Assembly: GCA_964626685.1 (NCBI GenBank) | Contig: CAZVJY010000010.1 | Location: 1,499 to 65,498, forward strand | From: an uncultured Flavobacteriaceae bacterium | GTDB taxonomy: Bacteria; Bacteroidota; Bacteroidia; NS11-12g; UBA955 | Direction of reading: 5' to 3' | Length of the DNA: 64,000 nucleotides | Shown here: positions 10,384 through 20,196 of the stretch, in pieces | Layout: each line of letters begins with the position of its first letter | Position numbering within the stretch: position 1 is the first letter of the stretch | Position numbers and translations under genes: made by a program | The notes under the pieces: generated by a model | Seen by the model: the letters and a program-made list of their open reading frames with translations, nothing else | What the model was told of the DNA's origin: nothing | Databases searched by the model: none

Positions 10384-11769
10384 TTATGATTCGTTGGTAA
10401 AATCTTCTCCGTCCTTCATCCAGGTTTTAATGTCATTCATGAATTTGCTGTTTCCCCAGTTTCCACCCCAGTTTCCCCCAAATAGTCCTGGTTTTTTTGT
10501 TGTTTTTACTTCTTCTTTGGGTATTTCTTCAACAATTTCTTCTGCTGCGGGTGCCGTGCTTTTTATCGTTTCACGGAGTAGGGGTGTATTTTCGGGCACA
10601 TCAAACCTTGCTGAGCTTTCAAAGCCACGAAGAACAAGTCCGATACCGGTGGCAAACATGGGGTTTCTTACCTCGTCGACCATACCTTTGCCCAGTCGCT
10701 GTCCGGGTGTGCCAATGTGAACTTCCATACCTGTGTGGTAGGAAACGAGCTGGGTGATATTCGCCATGGATGATCCACCGCCGGTAAGGACAATACCACC
10801 TGCCAGTCGGTTTTTCATGGTAGAAACTTCAATTTCAAAGTTGATGCGTTCAATGATGTCTTCCATGCGTGCCTGAATAACCTGTGCAATGGCAAAGCGG
10901 CTGATTTCCTTTGATTTGCGGCCGGGCAGGCCGGGTACCACCACAACCTCATTTTTCATGCTTTCGGTAGGGTAGCAGCTGCCATAGTTTACCTTCACGA
11001 TTTCAGCCTGCTCGGGTAAAATTCCGAAAGCTTCCTTCAGGTCTTTGGTAATACGATCGCCGCCGATGGAGATGATGGCGGTGTGGCGAATGGATCCATC
11101 CTCAAATACGCAGATGTCTGTAGTTCCGCCACCAATATCGATAAGTGCCACACCCGCATCCATTTCGGCCTGTGAGAGCACTGCAGAAGCAGAAGCATAT
11201 GGTTCCACAATTAGGTCTGCCACTTCCAGTCCGGCGCGTTTTACGGCTTCAAAAATATGGCGGGCAGCTGCGGTTTGTCCGGTAATGATATGGTAGTTGC
11301 ACTCTACGCGTACACCCATTCGTCCTACAGGATCTTTTACCCCATCTTCATCATCGATGCGATAGTCTTGTGGCAGCACGTGCAGTATTTCTACGCCGGG
11401 TTCCAGCGCCAGATATTGCATTTCCTGCTCCAGTTTATCCAGTTCTTCCTGTTTGATTTCTTCGAAGGAATTGCGCCTAGACAAAGTGCCGCGGTGTTGC
11501 ATGCTGCGGATATGGTGCCCCGCAATGCCTACAAAAACATTTTTAATGGCTACCTGGCTTTGACGCTGGGCCTCCTCTACAGCCTCCCGTATGGCAATCT
11601 CCGCTTTGCGGATATTTGCCACCATTCCTCTTGAAACGCCACCGGCACTGGCTGCTTTGCCCATGCCCAGTACGTTAATTTTGCCGTTCTCGGCCAGTTG
11701 CCCCACAATGGCGCAAATCTTGGTTGTTCCAATGTCGAGGCCTACGATGATATCATTCTTTGTAGCCAT
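10384..11769 (-). CDS. ftsA: Cell division protein FtsA
   Basis: Actin-like ATPase with 'IIVGLDIGTTKICAIVG'. The ORF track extends to 11799; the internal ATG at 11769 (MATKND...) is preferred. The C-terminal amphipathic/GGNWGGNWG tail is typical of membrane targeting. Confidence 0.9.
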   Translation of the reverse strand: MATKNDIIVGLDIGTTKICAIVGQLAENGKINVLGMGKAASAGGVSRGMVANIRKAEIAIREAVEEAQRQSQVAIKNVFVGIAGHHIRSMQHRGTLSRRNSFEEIKQEELDKLEQEMQYLALEPGVEILHVLPQDYRIDDEDGVKDPVGRMGVRVECNYHIITGQTAAARHIFEAVKRAGLEVADLIVEPYASASAVLSQAEMDAGVALIDIGGGTTDICVFEDGSIRHTAIISIGGDRITKDLKEAFGILPEQAEIVKVNYGSCYPTESMKNEVVVVPGLPGRKSKEISRFAIAQVIQARMEDIIERINFEIEVSTMKNRLAGGIVLTGGGSSMANITQLVSYHTGMEVHIGTPGQRLGKGMVDEVRNPMFATGIGLVLRGFESSARFDVPENTPLLRETIKSTAPAAEEIVEEIPKEEVKTTKKPGLFGGNWGGNWGNSKFMNDIKTWMKDGEDFTNES

Positions 11770-11785
11770 ATTTGTTTGATGGGAA

Positions 11786-12622
11786 TTATTGTTTAGCATT
11801 TTGGACGGTTTTATCTTTCTTCTGTTCAGTTATATTGACACTCTTGACGCCTACTATCTGACCACGGTATTTCAGGCTGATGGTATGGTATTTATCCCAG
11901 CCTGTGTTGCGCAAGCCTTTCTCGTAGAACTGGCGTAGGTTTGCGAACTTTTCGGGTAGATTTTCGGCGTCGCCTGTTACAATGCTATGCCTTCCTACTC
12001 GGGGAACCAAGATTAGGTCGCCTGAGTTATCTACATGGCATTGTTCAAATTGTGCGTTCCACAGTGGATTTGCATCAATATAGGCGGCCAGTTTTAGCAA
12101 TTGTCTGAGGGTTGCAGATTTCGCCTTCACGGATTCTGCCAGTTTTTCGGTAATGTTCCCGGTGGCCGGCAGCACATCTGGCGCGTGGATACCACGATAT
12201 GGTATTTTGTGGCCTGACGTGTCAAGGTAATACGTTTCTCCTGCAAGGTTGGTAATCCGTACAATGGGTTTGCGCTGCACAATTTGAATCTTCATGATTC
12301 CGTCCAGACTGATATATACCTGTGATGCCTGCACATAGGGCATGGATTTTAGCGTCGTCTCCAGGCGTGTCAGCGATACCTGCGAAGCCGCTTTGCCCTG
12401 AGGATTTCCGCAGGTTTTGTTTACCAGGTTGAAAACATCCTGATCATTCAGAAAATACACACCGCTGTCAGGCAAAATGGCAATTTCTATTTTCTCTATG
12501 TTTCTGTTTTTGCCGGAATACTTCAGCGCACCCCATACGGCCATCAGTATGACCAACAGGCCAATCAGTATGCTGAAAAGCCAAACCTTGGATTTGCTGA
12601 TGTGATTAAATTTAATTCCCAT
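11786..12622 (-). CDS. ftsQ: Cell division protein FtsQ/DivIB-like
   Basis: Single N-terminal transmembrane segment followed by a POTRA-like region. Its position between murC and ftsA fits FtsQ. Confidence 0.7.
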   Translation of the reverse strand: MGIKFNHISKSKVWLFSILIGLLVILMAVWGALKYSGKNRNIEKIEIAILPDSGVYFLNDQDVFNLVNKTCGNPQGKAASQVSLTRLETTLKSMPYVQASQVYISLDGIMKIQIVQRKPIVRITNLAGETYYLDTSGHKIPYRGIHAPDVLPATGNITEKLAESVKAKSATLRQLLKLAAYIDANPLWNAQFEQCHVDNSGDLILVPRVGRHSIVTGDAENLPEKFANLRQFYEKGLRNTGWDKYHTISLKYRGQIVGVKSVNITEQKKDKTVQNAKQ

Positions 12623-14027
12623 GGTATATTTCTTTTATTACAGGAACCAGTCTGTCAATATCACCTGCCCCGAGTATCAGCAGCAGTGATGGTTTGCTGT
12701 TTCTTACGAAATCGATAACTTCCTCTGTTGCCATACGTTTTCCTGCCTGATTGCTCATTTTTGACAGCAGCCATTCTGAAGAGATACCGGGTATTGGCAG
12801 TTCTCTGGCAGGATAGATGTCCAGCAAAATGGGAACATCCAGTTTATCCAGGCTTTCGGCGAAGCCTTCAGCAAAATCCCTTGTGCGTGTGAACAGATGT
12901 GGCTGGAATATTCCTGTAATGGCCCTGTTTGGATAAAGTGCTTTTACCGAACCAATAATGGCATTCAGTTCCTGCGGGTGGTGAGCATAATCATCAATGA
13001 CAATATGCTCAGTTGTTTTAACAACATATTCAAAGCGACGTTTGGCACCGCGGTAGCTTTGTACACCTCTGCGCAAATCTTCCTCCGAAAGACCGGGAAG
13101 GGCGAGGCACGCGGCCAGGGCAGCGGTGGCATTTTCTACGTTGTGAAAACCAGGGAGTCCTGACTGCCAGCCGGAAAGGGTTTTCTGGATATGTTCGTTT
13201 GAAACGACGATGTCAAAATGAAATGCATCGCCGGAAGTGATGATGTTTTCGCATGCCACCGACGGAATGCCGGTTGCATGGGTTCCGTATGCCATGCCAT
13301 GAATATGCTCAGGCCAGGTTTCCTGCAGTGAACAATGGTAAATGAGTTGCCCGTCTGGTTTGATTTTTCCGGCAAAAATCCGGAATGCCTCTCGGAAGGC
13401 TTCCTCATTTTCATAAATATCCAGGTGGTCGGGGTCGATGGCAGTGATGATGGCTGTATCAGGGTTCAGGCGATGAAAGCTGCGGTCAAATTCATCGGCT
13501 TCCAGCACAACCACAGGTTTGTTTTCGAAGATATTTCTGCCCGTTGTATGGTTTATGTAGTTGGTGCCGTAATTGGCTGAAATTCCGCCTAAAAATGCGG
13601 TGAAGTTGACATTGCATTCGTGTAGCAGGTGCGCTATGAGCGTGGATGTGGTGGTTTTGCCATGGGTTCCGGCCACTGCAATGCAATACGCGTCTTTGCT
13701 GATGATACCCAGAACTTCACTGCGTTTGTGTAGTTTGTGTCCACTGTTGCGCAGGTAATTCAGCTGAATGTGGTCCGCAGGAATGGCAGGTGTGTAAATC
13801 AGCAGCACCGATTCCGCCTCGGCTGTTATGCAGGTTGGCAGTGTAGATGTACTGTCTTCAAAAGTGATGTCAATACCTTCCTTTTGCAGCGCGTCTGTTA
13901 GGTCTGACGGGGTTTTGTCATAACCCGAAACGGCGATGCCGCGCGATTTTAGGTATCGTGCAATGGCGCTCATGCCAATGCCTCCGATGCCTAAAAAGTA
14001 TGCGTATTTAATCTCGCTCAGGTTCAT
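12612..14027 (-). CDS. murC: UDP-N-acetylmuramate--L-alanine ligase
   Basis: Mur ligase family with 'GIGGIGMSAIARYL' and 'GTHGKTTT'. Confidence 0.9.
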   Translation of the reverse strand: MNLSEIKYAYFLGIGGIGMSAIARYLKSRGIAVSGYDKTPSDLTDALQKEGIDITFEDSTSTLPTCITAEAESVLLIYTPAIPADHIQLNYLRNSGHKLHKRSEVLGIISKDAYCIAVAGTHGKTTTSTLIAHLLHECNVNFTAFLGGISANYGTNYINHTTGRNIFENKPVVVLEADEFDRSFHRLNPDTAIITAIDPDHLDIYENEEAFREAFRIFAGKIKPDGQLIYHCSLQETWPEHIHGMAYGTHATGIPSVACENIITSGDAFHFDIVVSNEHIQKTLSGWQSGLPGFHNVENATAALAACLALPGLSEEDLRRGVQSYRGAKRRFEYVVKTTEHIVIDDYAHHPQELNAIIGSVKALYPNRAITGIFQPHLFTRTRDFAEGFAESLDKLDVPILLDIYPARELPIPGISSEWLLSKMSNQAGKRMATEEVIDFVRNSKPSLLLILGAGDIDRLVPVIKEIYHGN

Positions 14028-15103
14028 GATTCAATGAGTTTTTTAATTTCTGAAACAATGGCTGCAGTGGCATGGGGTTTGGCAACCTGCATGAGGGATT
14101 TCTGCATGCCGGTTATCAGGGTTTTATTGCCCAGGGTATCAATGGCTGTTTTAACCAGAGAAAGCATGGTGTCGGCATCTTTTACAATTATGGCAGCGCC
14201 CAGTTTACTGAACTGCAAAGCATTTTGGGTTTGATGGTCGTCGGTAACGTTGGGTGAAGGAACCAGCACAGAAGGTTTGCCGCAAACGGCGATTTCAGCC
14301 ATGCTCAGGGCTCCGGCCCGGGAAACAACCAGATCAGCAGCGCCGTAACCAAACTCCATTTCCCTCAGAAATGTCATGGCTTTAATTCCTTTTCTATCTT
14401 CTGTTGTTGCCGTAAAGTTCTTTCCGGTTTGCCATATCACCTGAATGCCGGCATCTTCCAGCTTGTTTAAGCCTTGCTGAATGGCCAGGTTAATGCTTTT
14501 TGCACCCAGGCTCCCCCCGGTAATAAAAAGTACGGGCTTGTCAGGGTTCAGTCCAAAAAAAATGCAGGATTCTGATTTGTTTCGAATAATGGATACGTTT
14601 TCCCGAATCGGATTGCCGGTAAAACGTACTTTTTCTTTTGGGAAGACCTTTCCCATATCAGGGAATCCCGTGCAAATGATACTGACACGTTTGGCCAGTA
14701 GTTTATTGGTCAGTCCGGCATAGCCATTTCCTTCCCAAATCACGGTCTTTTTGCCCATGCCAGAGGCCGCGTATAAAACAGCCAGGCTGGCGTATCCGCC
14801 TGTGCCAATCACGCAGTCGGGGTTAAATTCTTTTACAATCATTTTAGACTTGAAATAAGCCTTAATGAATTTCCACAGTACCAACAGATTCATGGGGCTG
14901 ATAGCTCTTTTCAGTCCCATCACATCCAGTCCTATAATTTTGTAGCCTTCCTGCGGAACTTTTTCCATTTCCATTCGGTTGCTGGCTCCCACAAAAAGAA
15001 TTTCACAGCCGGGATATTCCTTCTCGAGTAGTTGTGCAACTGCCACCGCCGGAAAAATATGTCCGCCTGTGCCACCGCCCGATATGAGAAATTTACGCTG
15101 CAT
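14024..15103 (-). CDS. murG: Undecaprenyldiphospho-muramoylpentapeptide beta-N-acetylglucosaminyltransferase
   Basis: GT28, with 'ISGGGTGGHIFPAVAVA' at the N-terminus. Confidence 0.9.
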   Translation of the reverse strand: MQRKFLISGGGTGGHIFPAVAVAQLLEKEYPGCEILFVGASNRMEMEKVPQEGYKIIGLDVMGLKRAISPMNLLVLWKFIKAYFKSKMIVKEFNPDCVIGTGGYASLAVLYAASGMGKKTVIWEGNGYAGLTNKLLAKRVSIICTGFPDMGKVFPKEKVRFTGNPIRENVSIIRNKSESCIFFGLNPDKPVLFITGGSLGAKSINLAIQQGLNKLEDAGIQVIWQTGKNFTATTEDRKGIKAMTFLREMEFGYGAADLVVSRAGALSMAEIAVCGKPSVLVPSPNVTDDHQTQNALQFSKLGAAIIVKDADTMLSLVKTAIDTLGNKTLITGMQKSLMQVAKPHATAAIVSEIKKLIES

Positions 15104-16262
15104 TCAGTTTTTCTTTTTCTTCTTTGATGGTTCTGCTTACACTTAAAATAACACCGAAAGCAATGCTGTTAAATACAAGGCTGGTTCCTCCCATACTCAC
15201 GAGGGGGATAGTTAGGCCCGTAACGGGCAGCATGCCTACAGCAACACCCATATTTACAAATGCCTGAAAACTCATACTCAGGCATAGTCCCAAAGCCAGC
15301 AGCGCCCCGAATGCTTTCGGGCTTTCCACCACTATTCGTATACAGCGGAAAATGAGGATAAGGAAAAGCAGTACCATGCCTGCCCCGCCTATAAAACCAT
15401 ATTCTTCCACGATGATGGCGTAAATGAAATCTGAGTAGGGGTGTGGCAGATAATTGCGCTGGGTGCTGTTGCCAGGGCCTTTGCCAAACAAACCTCCTGA
15501 TGCCACCGCTATTTTTGACTGCATCTGCTGGTAATTACTTTCACCGTTGTCTTTGCCTGTAAAGGTTTCAATACGTTTTTTCCAGGTAGGAATACGGCTG
15601 TTGCTCATATTGTCAACATTTATATTCAGTAAAACGACCACAAGCAGGCTCATGGCTGCAGCACCGGAAATACCAAGCAGCGCCAGGTACTTAAAATTGA
15701 TTCGTCCTATAAACAGGAGCATGCAACAAATGGTGAATACCATCAGGGCTGTACTGAGGTTTTCAGGTGCAATCAGGGTTACCACAATAATGATGACCAA
15801 AAGGATATTGCGAAAAACCTTGAAGCTGTCGATCTCTTCCTGTTTTTTACTCAAATAGCGCGCGATGTACATAATCAGGAACAGTTTGGCCATGTCACTG
15901 GTCTGGAAGGTGATGCCAAGGCCGGGAATAGGCAATACGCGCGTTGCGTTATTAATCTCACTGCCAATGGCCAGGGTTACGACCAGCAGCACAATGGAAA
16001 TCCAGATGAACAGTTGGGACAGCCTTGAAAAGTATTGGTAATTGATAAGATGGCATAGGTACAGAAAGCCAAATCCGATGAGCAGAAATCCTGTGTGGCG
16101 GAGAAAATAGAATTCTGTGTTTCCGCCCTGTTTGCTGAATGCCAGACCTCCGGTGGAGCTGTATACAGCCAGTATGCCCACCAGCGATAGGATAATCACA
16201 ATGGCCCATATCCATGGGTCACCACGAAAAATCTTGCTGAATTTGCTGCCTTCTGCACTCAT
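15093..16262 (-). CDS. ftsW: SEDS-family peptidoglycan glycosyltransferase FtsW
   Basis: Polytopic membrane protein of the FtsW/RodA family in the dcw position. Confidence 0.85.
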   Translation of the reverse strand: MSAEGSKFSKIFRGDPWIWAIVIILSLVGILAVYSSTGGLAFSKQGGNTEFYFLRHTGFLLIGFGFLYLCHLINYQYFSRLSQLFIWISIVLLVVTLAIGSEINNATRVLPIPGLGITFQTSDMAKLFLIMYIARYLSKKQEEIDSFKVFRNILLVIIIVVTLIAPENLSTALMVFTICCMLLFIGRINFKYLALLGISGAAAMSLLVVVLLNINVDNMSNSRIPTWKKRIETFTGKDNGESNYQQMQSKIAVASGGLFGKGPGNSTQRNYLPHPYSDFIYAIIVEEYGFIGGAGMVLLFLILIFRCIRIVVESPKAFGALLALGLCLSMSFQAFVNMGVAVGMLPVTGLTIPLVSMGGTSLVFNSIAFGVILSVSRTIKEEKEKLNAA

Positions 16263-16265
16263 CTT

Positions 16266-17603
16266 TTAGAGGTTTCTAACGGCTTCTTTGAACTGTCGGC
16301 CGCGGTCTTCGTAATTGTCAAACAAGTCGAAACTGGCGCAGGCAGGAGACAGCAGAACGCAATCGCCTTTCTGGGCGAGGCGGCTGGCCACGTGTACGGC
16401 TTCCTTTGCACTGCCAGTGTTGATGATCATATCCACATCATCCTGAAACGCCTGGTGGATTTTGATGTTATCCAGCCCCAGGCAAACAATGTATTTCACC
16501 TTGTCCTTGACCAGTGATTTCAATTCCTTGTAGTTATTGCCTTTGTCTACGCCGCCTGCAATCCATACCACGGGCTTGTCCATGCTTTCCAGTGCATACC
16601 AGGCGCTGTTTACATTGGTAGCCTTGGAATCGTTGATGTATTCCACGCCGTTCACACGGTTTACAAACTCCAGGCGGTGTTCTGCATTCTGAAAGTTGCA
16701 GAGACTTTCTCGGATGGTTTCTTTGCGAACGTCAAGTAGGCTGGCTACTACGGCAGCAGCCATGCTGTTGTACGTGTTGTGAATTCCACGCAGTGAGATT
16801 TCTTCCATATTGATGGTCATTGTTTGTTTGTTGTTATTGATAAAGAGTGTGTTGTTTTCTACATAGGCGCCCGGGTTGCAGGAATGTGTAACCGAAATGG
16901 GCAGGTTGGTGGCTTCTCCTGTTTTCAATCCGAAGTACTGCTTGCTGATAGCATCATCCGCACAGTATATGAAATAGTCTGAGGCCTGTTGGTTGCGGGT
17001 AAGCCTGAATTTGCTTGCAGCATAAAGCTCAAGTTTATATTCGTAGCGATCCAGGTGATCGGGCGTGATATTCGTAAGAACGGAAATATGTGAGCGAAAG
17101 TTGAAGTTGCCGTCCAGTTGGAAACTGCTAACTTCCAGCACATAAATGTCATGGTTTTCTTCGGCTACCTGTCTGGCAAAACTCTTGCCGATATTGCCTC
17201 CAAGCCCTACATTCAATCCTGCGTTTTTGAGTATATGATGGGTGAGGAGGGTGGTGGTGGTTTTTCCGTTGGTGCCGCTGATGCATATCATTTTGGCATC
17301 GGTATAGCGACCGGCGAATTCAATTTCTGAAATCACGGGAATTCCCTTTTTCAGTGCAGCCTGTACCATCGGGGCCTTGTCGGGTATGCCAGGGCTTTTT
17401 ACCATTTCATCGGCAGACAGTATCTCAGATTCTGTATGTTGTCCTTCTTCCCAGCGCACCCCGATCTTTTCGAGTTCATGGCGGTAGCTTTCCCCAATCC
17501 TGCCCATATCAGAAACAAACACATCCCAGCCTTTGGCCTTGGCCAAAACAGCGGTTCCTGTGCCTGATTCGCCTGCTCCCAATATGACAAGTTTTTTACT
17601 CAA
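16266..17603 (-). CDS. murD: UDP-N-acetylmuramoylalanine--D-glutamate ligase
   Basis: Mur ligase with 'ILGAGESGTG' and 'GTNGKTTTT'. The start is TTG, overlapping the mraY stop (TTGA). Confidence 0.9.
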   Translation of the reverse strand: MSKKLVILGAGESGTGTAVLAKAKGWDVFVSDMGRIGESYRHELEKIGVRWEEGQHTESEILSADEMVKSPGIPDKAPMVQAALKKGIPVISEIEFAGRYTDAKMICISGTNGKTTTTLLTHHILKNAGLNVGLGGNIGKSFARQVAEENHDIYVLEVSSFQLDGNFNFRSHISVLTNITPDHLDRYEYKLELYAASKFRLTRNQQASDYFIYCADDAISKQYFGLKTGEATNLPISVTHSCNPGAYVENNTLFINNNKQTMTINMEEISLRGIHNTYNSMAAAVVASLLDVRKETIRESLCNFQNAEHRLEFVNRVNGVEYINDSKATNVNSAWYALESMDKPVVWIAGGVDKGNNYKELKSLVKDKVKYIVCLGLDNIKIHQAFQDDVDMIINTGSAKEAVHVASRLAQKGDCVLLSPACASFDLFDNYEDRGRQFKEAVRNL

Positions 17604-18733
17604 CGCAGTTTTAGCAATGCAATGGATACGAGTACCAGTATGATGGTTACCAGCCAGAAACGAAGGGTGATTTTACTTTCAGGGATGTTCAGTTTCTGGA
17701 AGTGGTGGTGCAGTGGGCTCATCAGGAAAATCCTGCGGCCTTCGCCGTATTTCTTTTTGGTGTATTTGAACCAACCCACCTGTAATACCACACTGAGGCT
17801 TTCTGCGAAAAAGACTCCGCAAAGGATTGGAATGAGCAGTTCCATTTTGATGATGATAGCCACGGCTGCAATGGCTCCGCCCAGGGCCAGACTGCCTGTA
17901 TCGCCCATAAATACCTGGGCAGGGAAACCGTTGTACCAAAGAAATCCGAGGCACGCGCCTATAACGGCGGCCAGAAACACCACTACTTCACCGCTCTCTG
18001 GAACGTAAATGATGTTAAGGTATTCGGCCATTTTGATATTTCCCGCTGCATAAGCCAGCACTCCAAGCCCAAGGCCCACAATGGCTGTGGTTCCGGCTGC
18101 CAGCCCATCTATGCCATCTGTAAGGTTGACCGCATTGGTGACTGCCATACAAATGAATACAATCACCGGGAGGAAAATGAACCAGGCATTGTTTTCACCG
18201 GGTATTAGTTCCGAGTAGTTTAACCGGTGGCTGGTGACCGGCAGGTTGGTTTCCAGCGGAATGTTTGCTGAGCTGTGTGTATAGTCAATAACTACGGCGA
18301 TAACCACGCCCAGCAGTAGTTGTCCGATGAGCTTGGTGGTGGCCTTCATTCCTTCCTTATTCTTTTTGAAGACCTTGATATAATCATCTACTGCGCCGAT
18401 GGATCCCATCCATACAGTGCTTACAACCATCAGGATGACGTAAACATTGTCAATTCTTGCCAGCAGCAACGTGGGAATGATAATAGCCAGTATGATGATG
18501 ATGCCGCCCATAGTGGGTGTGCCCTTCTTCTGCAGCTGCCCTTCCAGTCCCAGGTTGCGTATTTCTTCCCCAATCTGCTGCTTCTGCAACCAGCGAATGA
18601 TGCGTTTCCCAATCAGCAAGGCAATCAGCAGGCTAAGAATTCCTGCCATGCTTGCCCTGAAGGAGATGTATTGGAATACACCGGCTCCGGAAACATTGAT
18701 ACTGTCGAGGTATTTGAATAGATAGTATAGCAT
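17600..18733 (-). CDS. mraY: Phospho-N-acetylmuramoyl-pentapeptide transferase
   Basis: Polytopic membrane protein of the MraY family, in the dcw position. Confidence 0.9.
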   Translation of the reverse strand: MLYYLFKYLDSINVSGAGVFQYISFRASMAGILSLLIALLIGKRIIRWLQKQQIGEEIRNLGLEGQLQKKGTPTMGGIIIILAIIIPTLLLARIDNVYVILMVVSTVWMGSIGAVDDYIKVFKKNKEGMKATTKLIGQLLLGVVIAVVIDYTHSSANIPLETNLPVTSHRLNYSELIPGENNAWFIFLPVIVFICMAVTNAVNLTDGIDGLAAGTTAIVGLGLGVLAYAAGNIKMAEYLNIIYVPESGEVVVFLAAVIGACLGFLWYNGFPAQVFMGDTGSLALGGAIAAVAIIIKMELLIPILCGVFFAESLSVVLQVGWFKYTKKKYGEGRRIFLMSPLHHHFQKLNIPESKITLRFWLVTIILVLVSIALLKLR

Positions 18734-20196
18734 TATCCGTTGTTTTGGTTAAAGATGGCTCTTACAATGGCTTTGTCATCGAAGGGATGTTTCACGCCTT
18801 TTATTTCCTGATAGGTTTCGTGCCCTTTGCCTGCAATGAGGATTACATCGCCGGGTGCGGCCAGCATGGCTGCTGTGCGGATGGCTTCTTTTCTGTCGGT
18901 AATTTTTAGCAGTTTTTTGTAGTATTGTCCTTCTACGCCTGCCTCCATTTGTGCTATGATGGTTTCGGGATCTTCCTCTCTGGGATTGTCACTCGTGAAA
19001 ATGACTTTGCTGCTAAGTCTGGCGGCGATTTTCCCCATTTCAGGTCTTTTTGCTGCATCGCGGTTACCACCGCATCCTACTACAGTTATCAGTTGAGCAT
19101 GGTTGCCTCTGATGTCGTTAATGGTTTTGATTACGTTTTCCAAAGCATCCGGAGTATGGGCGTAATCCACAATTGCAGTAACCCTGTCCGGTCCGTTGAT
19201 GGCTTCAAAACGTCCGTTTATCCTGCCGGCTCTGGTTAGGGGAAGCATGATGTCTTCTTCGCCGGCGGTGAGCAAAAATGCCGCTCCGTAAACTGCCGCA
19301 AGGTTATAAGCATTGAATGCGCCTACGAGGTTTACCCATGCTTCCTTGCCGTCCAACCTAAGTTGCATTCCCTGAAAGTCGCTTTCCAATATTTTTACAG
19401 TAAAATCGGCGCCGCTTTTCATGGCATAGGTGTATCTGGCTGCTTTGGTATTTTGCAGCATAATCATACCATTGCGGTCGTCTTTGTTGGTTAGCGCCCA
19501 GGCACCTGATGGCAGTTCATCAAAGAACTGTTTTTTGGCCTTCAGGTAATTGTCAAAGGTTATGTGGTAGTCCAGGTGATCGTGGGTGAGGTTGGTAAAC
19601 ACAGCACCTGTGAACTCAAGGCCTGCAATTCTGCGCTGGTGGATGGCATGCGAACTGCATTCCATAAAGCAATACTCACAGCCTTCCTCCACCATTTTTG
19701 CCAAAAGGGCGTTGAGGCCGGCCGCATCCGGAGTGGTGTGTGTGCTTGGGATAATATCTGCGCCAATTCTGTTTTCTACCGTGGATACCAGTCCGCAACG
19801 ATGACCCATGGCTGTAAAGAGCTCAAACAGCAGCGTGCTTACCGTGGTCTTTCCGTTGGTTCCGGTGGTTCCCACCAGTTTAAGTGTTTTGGTGGGTTCT
19901 CCATAAAACAAATGGCAGGCAATCCCCATGGATTCAGGCACATCGTTTACCAGAATGTAGGTTACGCCGTCTTTTGGGCTGTTAATGCTTTTGGCAAGAA
20001 TTGCAGTAGCACCGTTTTCTATGGCTTTGTCAATGAAATCGTGCCCATCGGCATGGGTTCCGGGCATGGCCGCATACAAAAAGCCTTTCTCTGCCTTGCG
20101 GCTGTCTATGCATACGCCAGCAATGGCTGCGTCGCTCTGTCCGATGACCTGTACCGGTTTTAGTCTGTTGATGATATGTTGCAGGTTCCCAGTCAA
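18733..20196 (-). CDS. murE: UDP-N-acetylmuramoyl-L-alanyl-D-glutamate--2,6-diaminopimelate ligase
   Basis: Mur ligase with 'GTTGTNGKTT'; a DNPR motif lies near the C-terminus. The start is TTG, overlapping the ftsI stop. Confidence 0.9.
   Translation of the reverse strand: MTGNLQHIINRLKPVQVIGQSDAAIAGVCIDSRKAEKGFLYAAMPGTHADGHDFIDKAIENGATAILAKSINSPKDGVTYILVNDVPESMGIACHLFYGEPTKTLKLVGTTGTNGKTTVSTLLFELFTAMGHRCGLVSTVENRIGADIIPSTHTTPDAAGLNALLAKMVEEGCEYCFMECSSHAIHQRRIAGLEFTGAVFTNLTHDHLDYHITFDNYLKAKKQFFDELPSGAWALTNKDDRNGMIMLQNTKAARYTYAMKSGADFTVKILESDFQGMQLRLDGKEAWVNLVGAFNAYNLAAVYGAAFLLTAGEEDIMLPLTRAGRINGRFEAINGPDRVTAIVDYAHTPDALENVIKTINDIRGNHAQLITVVGCGGNRDAAKRPEMGKIAARLSSKVIFTSDNPREEDPETIIAQMEAGVEGQYYKKLLKITDRKEAIRTAAMLAAPGDVILIAGKGHETYQEIKGVKHPFDDKAIVRAIFNQNNG

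Noticed and set aside
9563-10720. Antisense ORFs of 130-175 aa inside ftsZ and ftsA
   Set aside because: They lie opposite strongly supported, highly conserved genes and have no independent evidence. They are typical shadow ORFs.
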